From positions 9,548,001 to 9,612,000 of the forward strand of contig CP075493.1 in NCBI GenBank assembly GCA_021613535.1: a stretch of DNA of 64,000 nt, given 5' to 3'. Position numbers and translations under genes: made by a program. The stretch comes from Adineta vaga. Its lineage: Eukaryota > Animalia > Rotifera. This document shows positions 54,990-64,000 of the stretch, piece by piece; the stretch's first letter is position 1; each line of letters opens with the position of its first letter. Below the pieces are notes generated by a model, which was not told where the DNA came from, did no database searches, and saw only the letters and a program-made list of their open reading frames with translations.

Positions 54990-56747
54990 ATGGGTGCCGA
55001 AATTTCTCATCGGCATCAATCAACAACGATAGGATCAGGTAATCATGCTACGACTAATACATTTGACTGCATGTGGAATTAACATCACAAAATTTGCATG
55101 TGTGACCTTCTTATTTTCTTCTTCAATAATTATTCGAAATTTTTCTTTAGATAATCTATCATCGGAATTGACTTGTACGAATTTGAAACAACAAAAGAAA
55201 CATTATCAAATGGATCGATTGAAACGAACATTTAGTTTTCATAATAAGAAAAAAGATGCTACGACAACGAATAAAAATTCATCAAATAAGAATGAAAAGA
55301 AACCAGTTCAATGGCATGATGATGATAAATCTGTTCGAGATCATACTTGTAGTTTTAATGTCAAAGTAAATGAAGACGATAATTCAGAATTTGATATTGA
55401 ATGAAAAACTTAATATTCATTTTAGTATTTGGGTACTGTTGAAGTTCAAGAATCTCGCGGAATGCATGTATGTGAACAAGCAATTCAAGCTTTATTAAAC
55501 GTAGTTAGAAAACGTTTTTTAATGTCTATAAAATAATTGATTTCTATTTAGCAAAAAGCTAAACATATCAAAGCAATTTTATATATCTCAGGTGATTCAC
55601 TTCGCGTTGTTGATGAAACAAGCAAAGGTTTAATTGTTGATCAAACGATTGAAAAAGTTTCATTTTGTGCTCCGGATCGTTATCATGACAAAGGTTTTGC
55701 ATACATATGTCGAGATGGTACTACACGTCGATGGCTTTGTCATGGTTTTCTTTCTATTAAAGAAACAGTAAGATTATACGTATAGATTTCAATTTGCAAT
55801 GAATTCATTTAGGGTGAACGATTAAGTCATGCTGTTGGTTGTGCTTTTCAAATATGTCTTGAACGTAAACAACAACGTGATCGAGAATGTAATGTTACTG
55901 TTGAATATACACCAAATGGAACATCTTTTACACGATTTGGTTCATTTCGTTCAACATCAATTCTTGAACGGCTAATCGATCCTCAAAGTGCTATTGTTGT
56001 TGGTAGGTTTGTTTGTCGTATTGAAGTCATTCATATCTTCTTCGAATAGAATCAGTTCCATATTCGACGACAAATACAAATTCAATCAATCAGAAACAGA
56101 ATGTGATCGAACGACCACGACCTAAAGGAAGTAAATCCGAGCCATTTGTTCGTAGTGTTTCTATGCGTGCTGATGATTTCAATCAAACAGCTATCGGAAC
56201 ATTTAAAAGACAAAGTTCACTAAGACCTGGTGATTTACCATCAATACAAGAAATGAAATTTAAAGATCCATTTACAAATACAAGTAATACAATGTTCATC
56301 TAAACTATAAAATAACTTTTTTCTTCTAAATCTAGTTATCGAAGAAGTAGAATCTCAAGTAACTATCAATGAACTTCCTAAAGTATCGTTATTTCATTCG
56401 TCAAATAATAATAGTAAATTATTTAATTCGATATTGAAAGAGAAACATGTACCATTGACTTCTTCTTAGGTCATAATCATGCACCTCTTCCTGTTACAAA
56501 CTTGGCAATCATTCCAGTTTCACAGAGCAACAATACTGAACGCGCAACAACGTCTCTAACGGATGCATTTAGTTCAAATTTAACTGCTCTTGTTCAAAGT
56601 AATCATCCAATCAATCCTTTTTCGCCATACGGATATTCTATGGCAGCTCAGGCTCAATCATCGTCAACAAATCATCATCATCAATCAACTATATTCACAC
56701 CTAAACGTGGTACCAATCCATTTGAAGATGATTTAATACGACGATGA
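54990..56747 (+). CDS. NUMB: Numb (PTB-domain endocytic adaptor)
   Basis: [19 protein letters not shown]...[79 protein letters not shown] motifs. Upstream MGAEIS exon joins in frame. Confidence 0.95.
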
Positions 56748-56856
56748 CATATAAATTTGTCAAATCTTTATTTTTGCTACCTCAACAAACATTTTTTAGA
56801 TTATTCTTGTGATCGTCTTGTATTTTATTTGTTTCCTTTTTTTGTTTATTAATTCG

Positions 56857-56862
<6 letters not shown>

Positions 56863-56889
<27 letters not shown>
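56863..56889. repeat. (CT)n microsatellite in Numb 3' region
   Basis: Uninterrupted CT run. Confidence 0.8.
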
Positions 56890-57471
56890 ACATTCATTCA
56901 CTCAGCTCTCTCTACGATTGTAATTTCAAATTGAAAAATTCAACTATGTCGATAATAAATCATGAAGAAACATATTAATTAATCTAACTATATCGTGGTG
57001 AATGAAACTAAGCAAAAACTTCAAAATTTCGAACGCATTTTTTTCTGTTATTGAGATTCAAATTGTGCGCAAAGATGTTCAACTTAATTAGATTGAAATA
57101 GAATCAATATCATGTCTCTCATCTCAACATTTGTTTTATTTCGTTTTCCTTTTCTTTTCTAAATTATAAATAAACAAACATAAATCTTTTTATAAATGTA
57201 TGTACGTGACAACAATGAAAGAACATAGAAGTTTGACATACAGGAACTGATCCGTACAAGGCAAAAAAGAAAGAAAAAGAAAAAATGTATACACCCAAGA
57301 CATTAAACTCACATATATGTATATATTCTGGAGATATATTAGCAGATTTGAGAGAGATGATGAACAACAAAGAAAAATAAGAAAAAGAGAAGAAAAGAAA
57401 AGAAAAGTTGTATTCTATCTAATGATCCAATTATATTCAGTCGATTGTTTCTTTTCATTTTGACAATAAGA

Positions 57472-58736
57472 TTACCAATCGGCGTCACCCATTGCTTTAC
57501 TAAATACATAATCACGTCCTTCAAGATGCATAACACCACTTTTCAATACAAATCGCCATTTATTCTTCGTACGTGATATCTTAAGAAGGATATACATTCA
57601 ATTATATTCTTCAAATTTCTATTCCTACCTTATCGTATTGACAGACAACAACATTTTCTGTATCAAACAATTCCGCTGGTTCATCATCACTAACATCATC
57701 ATCTGAACAAAGTGGATTGGGATCTTCTTTTCCTTCTTCAGTACCATCTTCATCATCATCATCATCGAGACCTTCGCCAGCATCATTCTAAGCAAAAACC
57801 AAATAAAACAATGTTTTTCTTCCGAATGATTGAGAACGATTAAAAAAGCGAATAAATACGTACTCCTTCCAAATCACTCTCGTCTTCGTCATCTTCATCA
57901 TCACCAACCTGTAAAAATGAAAGAAAGAAATGTGAATGAGAAAAAGTATTCAACCTACCGGTGGCCCAGTTCCATCTAATTGAAATGAAATTTCAATTAC
58001 TTTCGATTTTTTCATACGTCGACTAGTTTTCTTCGTCGATGTTTCTGACATAACTTCATCATTAGTTCCATCTAGTTGATTTGCTGTTTTCATTGGTGGA
58101 TTTGCAATATTATTTGAATTCTAAATGACAAAAAAGAATTTGTTTTGAGCAATTTTTTTTTCGCTCTTCGAAAAGATCTACTGTTGGTCTGGTGGGAAAG
58201 GTTGGTCGAATGAATGGTGTTGCACCCGAAGTTGCATTCGATAGAAGTCCCGGATTAAAAGTACTTGTAGCCGAATAATTTGTATTAAAATTCGATACAC
58301 CAGAATTAGATGCCTGTTGTAATCGATTGTTGATTTGTTTTAATCCTGTTGATTGTTTATTATTCAATGTTGATGAATGATTTGTATCACTGGATGCTGG
58401 ATGTCGATATTCTCGATTTGTCACTTGATCAACAATTGATGTTGACAATGGTTCTAATGCTTTGGAGTTTTCCAATCGGTCTAACCATAACTAAAAGAAA
58501 ATTAGATGTTTTTTTTTTGTCCAACTTCGTTGTTTTTTTCATAGGGAAAACTCTACATTTCGAAGTTCTTGTAATGTATGATCATCATAACCTTCTTCTG
58601 AGAGTGCTTCGCGTACTGCTGTACAAACATCATTAATCACATCTTGATAAGTTTTTTTCTAAAGAAAGAAGTTTTTCATTTTATATTGATTTATACATGC
58701 GTTATTTTCAATGCTTACAACATCGTTCACAGCCAT
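57472..58736 (-). CDS. GTF2A1: Transcription initiation factor IIA large subunit (alpha/beta)
   Basis: YQDVINDVCTAVREALSEEGYDDHTLQELRNLWLDRL, QLDG site, acidic tract, PLCSDDDVSD...FDTENVVVCQYDK..RTKNKWRFVLKSGVM...DYVFSKAMGDADW*. Confidence 0.95.
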
Positions 58737-59314
58737 CGTTCATTCGTTTGAATTAAAACTGTATGAAAAAAAATTTTTCATTAAATTAATAAATAAACAA
58801 ATTTTTGGTTAGACTCTTTTACGTATGTAAGTGAGTCTGACGAAAGTTTCTCCAGCAGAAATGTTCCTTTTATACTCGTGCTCCCCTCTAATATAGACAA
58901 CGAAAGTTATGGCTAGCTTTTCTTGCTAGAATCAAGCGCCACATACAATGAGAAATTCTTATTGCTAGTTGCGCTATATATAAATGGAAAAAAACTACAC
59001 GAATATTATTGGTGGAGATTAAAGAGAGTTCTTATTACATGTATAGTATATGCATGCATGAAGATATTGTTAGATAATCAGCGATGAATTACTTTTGAAA
59101 ATTATTCTATAAAAATATGCATGTTAGAGAATAAACGGATAAACTGATTGGTTGATGATTGAAATTGCTTGATATCAAGTTTGTAGAATATATGATTATT
59201 TGTTAGTTTATCTATATACCTTTTCGAAAAGGATTAAACATATTTGTCCGATATTCTCAAGAATAATTCAGTTTGTTTTCTTTTTAGATATTGAAATTTC
59301 TTTGGAAACAACAG

Positions 59315-62300
59315 ATGGAATCAATAGCCGATCTTCGTTCAATGATTGAACAAACATTAACAATGATTATAACACCAGACCAACAATTAATTGAAAAGGG
59401 TCAAACACAATTACAGGCATTAGAATTATTAGATTCATATACTTTAGCATTAACAGAAATCTCAATTGATAATACACGTGACATCAGTATACGACAATTA
59501 GCTGGTGTTTTACTTCGAAAATATGTTAGTAAACATTGGACACGAGATATTGAAAGTTTTATTGAACCAGAAGTTCCTGAACAAATGAAAAGTCAGATAC
59601 GTCGTATACTTCCTCATGGTTTAAATGAACCAAATCATCGACTTCGCGTTGGTCTTGCTTGTGTTATTTCAGCTGTTGCTGAATGGGATTGTCCAGAATC
59701 TTGGCCTGAATTATTACCATTCTTAATTGACTCATTAAAATCAACAAATAAATCATTAATTCATGGTTCAATACGTGTTCTAACAGAAATTGTTCGTGAT
59801 CTTGATGATCGACAATTACCTGTTGTTCTACCATTACTTCTTCCAGAAATGTATCGTTTAATGGTATCTAATGATTTTAGTTTACGTATTCGTACACGTG
59901 CAATTGGAATTTTTACATTACTTGTATCACTTGTACATGATATTAATGAACATGATCGAATCTTATCGGTTGGATATATTCTCCCATATCTATCACATTA
60001 TTGTGAAGCATTCAAACGTTTTCTTGTTGCGCCCGATTCATCTTTAATGACAGATACAGGTTGTCGAATTGAAACGATTCGTGCCTTAACATTATTATTT
60101 AAAAGTTTTCCGAAATTAATGCAACAAAATGCTGCGGAATTATTACAATCAGTCTGGACTTGTTTAACATCAAATACAGAAAATTATGTTGCAACTGTTG
60201 TTTATAAACACGGAGAAATGGATGCATCTGTTGATTCGGATGGTAATGAAATTCGATATTTGTACTTCTTCGTTCTCATTCATTGTGGGTTTTTTGTTTT
60301 TCTATTCAAATAGGTGAAACATTAAGTTTCGAATGTTTAATTTACAGTTTATTTGAATTTGTACAAGTTTTAATGGATTTACCCACATATAAGAATTCAG
60401 TAAAAACATCCATGGAAGAATTATGTTATTATTTAATATTATGTATGCAAATAACTGAAGAAGAAGTAGATCATTGATTTTATTGTTTTAATATGAAATA
60501 ATTTCTTGTTTCATGATTAGTATGATTCATGGTCAAAAAATGTTTCACGCTATGTCGAAGATGAAAGTGATGATTCATTTTCTCATTCTGTCAGATTATC
60601 TGCTTTAGAATTACTTCTTGTATGAATTCTTTAGTCTTTTGATTTTCTTGAAACAAATTACACGTTTGATTTCTATTTAGTCAATTACAAATGAATTCAA
60701 AAAAGAAGCTGGAATCGGTCTTTGGAAAGCTGTTCAGTAAGTTCAAATGATTTGGATTAATTGAAATTTTCGTTTTTTTTCTCTGTCATCTATATGAGGT
60801 TACGTGTATACTTTAGTAAAATTCATCGTCTCGAGTACATATGAATAAAGAATGCAATTGAACAAGCATATGTTTGCATAATCGTATGCAAAAACACTTG
60901 AATAGAGATTGTTAATCGAATGAAAAATAATAAATCGATAGAAATCAGACGTTCTCAATCGCGTCGATCTTTTTTGTTTTTGTTGTGAATACATATTTCA
61001 ATATTTCAGTGTGCTTTAAATATGGAAGAGAAAAACAAATGATCGAACTTATTTTCGTAACAAGCAACAGAAATTCAAGTGATTAATATGTTTCTGTTGT
61101 ATACTATAATAAACGTACATGTCGTTAAGTTTCTCTTTGATGAACTCGTCTGATAAATCAAACTCCTATATTTCAATATAAACGAATTCATCTTCCTCTA
61201 CTTTAGTCGTCATCTATCTCATGCTGAAGCATTAAAAACACATAATTCATCTCGATGGTGGAAATTACATGAAGCTTGTCTGTTAGCAATGGGTCGATGT
61301 AAACAATTATTAAATGATATGTTAGTAACAGGATATGTGAAAATTGATCTTGATGCTTTTGTGCGACAAGTACCACTAGCAGATTTATCACAATTTGGTA
61401 TGAAAAACGAACATTCTTTTTCTTTAGTATCTTTTATTTTATTTAGATTATCCATATCTTGTATGTCAAGCCGCTCTATTTGCTGGACGTTTTTCACGTT
61501 CATTAAGTCCCGAAGTCAATCGAATGTAAGCTGAACACGATTTCATTCAATTTTAGTGGTGCGAAATTTTCGTGTAAAGTTTCTTAGATGGAATCTGTCA
61601 ATTATTAGAAAATGCTCAACATCCAATTATAAATCTTTCTTCCTTACGAGCATTCTATTAGTAAGTATGGATTACGAAGAAAACTTATGCGATATAAACA
61701 AATTAAAATTTAGTTATTGTGAAGAAGTTGGTGTCGAACAAACTAATGATGTTGTAGCATATCTTCCGCGAATATTCGAAGGTATATTGGCAACAATGAG
61801 TCGTATACCACAATCGGCATATATATGGCCATTGGAATCATTAGCAATATTGATTAGTGTTGATGAAAATTTTGTAGCAACAATTGAACATCGTTTATCA
61901 CCATTAGCTATTGAATTGTTTGTTAATTATATTCAAGATCCATTAATAAATGGAGAAACAACAGCGTAATTCTTGTTTTTTTAAATATCAATAACTTCTC
62001 TTTCTTTGTGCTTTTAGAATTCTTAAAGGTCTTGTTCATAATAATAAAGTATCGAGTTCGATTCAAGAACGACTTATTCCATTAGTACAATCGATTCTTG
62101 AAAACAATTCTGCATCATCAACATTACCGCGTATTGCACCAAGTTTAGCCTTTTCTGTCCTTGATCTCTTAACAACTGTTCTTCGTTCATTAAATCCACC
62201 AATAAATTCTAATTTATTACATCAAACATTTCCTGTTGTTGTTCATTTACTTTTAACAAGTGATGATCAACAAATTTTAATCAATGGTGGAGAATGTTTA

Positions 62301-63474
62301 TGTGCATTTCTTTCATGTGTATCCGTCGATTTATTTCAATGGACAGATCCAAAAACGAATATCTCAAGTATCGAATATATTTTACAAATTCTTGCAAAAT
62401 TTCTCGATCCAAAAACACCAGAAAATTGTTGTACATTTATTGGAAAATTAATTCGAGGTTTCATTCGAGAAATCAATAAAACCAATCAACCAAGTTTACT
62501 TGGAGATACACTAGGACAAATACTTAAAGCAGTTTTAGCAAAACTTCAAAGTAAGAGTTTTGCTATGGTGAACAAAAACAAAATGATGTTTTTTTTTTTG
62601 CATAGGTTCTCAAGTTCTTAGTGTGCAACAAAGTTTAATTGTTGTATTTGCACATTTAATTCAAAATAATCTTAATGATGTAGTAAATTTTCTTAATTCT
62701 ACACCTGGACCTCAAGGTAGTAGTGCATTTGATTTTGTTATGTATCAATGGGTTACGAAACAACATCTTTTCGCTGGTCCTTATGATATCAAAGTCAGGT
62801 AAAGCTTCGTTTTGTTTTTGTTCGATTTTTAACAGATAGCTTTGCAAAGAAAATCATATATCTATTTTAGTATTATTGCATTAACTGGTTTATTAGAATA
62901 TGCAATGACCAATAATGATGTACGTTTTCAAACTTTAATTGTTCCAGGTGATCAAATTGTTTATCAACAAGCAGGTCAATCGATATCTCATCGTACACGT
63001 TCGAGAACATCGAAACAACCTGAACAATGGACGCGTGTTCCATTAGTTGTCAAATTATTTAAAATTCTTGTTCTGGAATTACAAAATCAAATCAATACAA
63101 GAAAAGAACTTGAAGAAGATATGAATTTTGATGATGATGACGATGACGATGAAGATGCGGATAATGATGGTAATGATGATATTACAGTAGAAAAAGAAGG
63201 TGATAATGAATCGAATCTATTGAAAGCAACTGATGATGAAACAACAAAATATCTGGAACGTTATGATAATTTACTTGATGATGTATTTGATTATGAATTT
63301 TTTCAAGAAAAAGATCCCGATGCATTTCATGATCCATTAATGCAAGTCGATTTACTTGATTATTTAAAAGAACGCTTACGTTTATTTGCTACACATGCAT
63401 GGTTTGCCATATTTCAACAACATTTGAATGTTATTGAACGTAGTGCATTACAAAAAATCACGGTACTCCCATGA
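59315..63474 (+). CDS. IPO9: Importin-9
   Basis: IRQLAGVLLRKYVSKHW (IBN_N), AEWDCPESWPELL, VDSDGETLSFECLIYSLFEFV, WWKLHEAC, VQQSLIVVFAHL, RTRSRT...EQWTRVPLVVKLFKIL, acidic loop, DPDAFHDPLMQVDL. Confidence 0.92.
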
Positions 63475-63612
63475 TATGAACGAAACGAAAAGTAAACAGT
63501 GAGTTTCATCATTCCAACAATTTCCTTTTCTTTTTCTCTCATTCACATTTTTGTATTTTTTGTAAACTATTAAAAATAGAATTGAATTCTTTGAATATTT
63601 TTCTTTTGTCTT

Positions 63613-64000
63613 TTATTTTGTAGAAAGAAAATACGTAGAGAAACGATTCAAAAGTAGATAGAGTAATTCGAGAAGTTCGACGAAACCGATGAGACTTATA
63701 CCGATCCATAAACCTAAAATAAACATGAGAAGAAGTTTAATTCGATACATTCTTTTCGATAAATGAAACCTGTTTGTCCTCCGATACTTGATATGAGATC
63801 AATCCATGTATAGACAGCAGATTCAGTTAAGATTTCTGTTGGATAAGGACTTGCCGTAATTTCTACAACGAGAATATTATCACGTATTAATGACTGTTGA
63901 AATTTATTGAAATAAGTATTCATCTTTTCATTTCGACGGAAATGCTTTTGAACGCGTTGAAAAACGTTTTTATATGAGTTGATATTCGGATAATTTGCAT
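63613..64000 (-). CDS. DEG/ENaC (ASIC-like) sodium channel, 3' end only
   Basis: ESAVYTWIDLISSIGGQTG|LWIGISLIGFVELLELLY: TM2 with GxS selectivity-filter motif, split by a GT-AG intron. Stop at 63613-63615. Confidence 0.88.

Overview
AT-rich eukaryotic genomic DNA with dense genes and short (about 50-60 nt) GT-AG introns. Gene content and intron style suggest an invertebrate, most likely a bdelloid rotifer (inference, not database-checked). By manual exon joining I can support about 20 protein-coding genes. In order: MRL-family RA-PH adaptor (partial), a small MGGC- orphan missed by the ORF track, a Pro/coiled-coil orphan, TDG with long disordered arms, Rab7, a PR-domain-less Blimp-1-type zinc finger gene, MCM7, a DUF4062-NACHT-WD40 (NWD-like) gene, glucosidase II beta (PRKCSH), a S/T/P-rich orphan, DNAJB12/14, a divergent ADP/ATP carrier, a Ubl-RBR E3 ligase plus three USP deubiquitinases, a GRAM-TM protein, a DUF3715 (TASOR/TEX15-type pseudo-PARP) protein, Numb, TFIIA large subunit, importin-9 and the 3' end of a DEG/ENaC channel. 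Best candidate for an undescribed system is 38.2-44.7 kb: an operon-like ubiquitin writer/eraser cassette. It has one TATA promoter with kB/IRF-like motifs, an intronless Ubl(GG)-RBR E3 gene, and three catalytically intact USP ORFs separated by only 89, 22 and 59 bp, each preceded by a splice-acceptor-like AG. Other strong observations: a 2-nt micro-exon in the ADP/ATP carrier gene, the TASOR/TEX15-like pseudo-PARP fused to a Q/A-rich tail, and four single-base frameshifts that are probably assembly errors. I recognised no RNA genes, CRISPR arrays or transposons.
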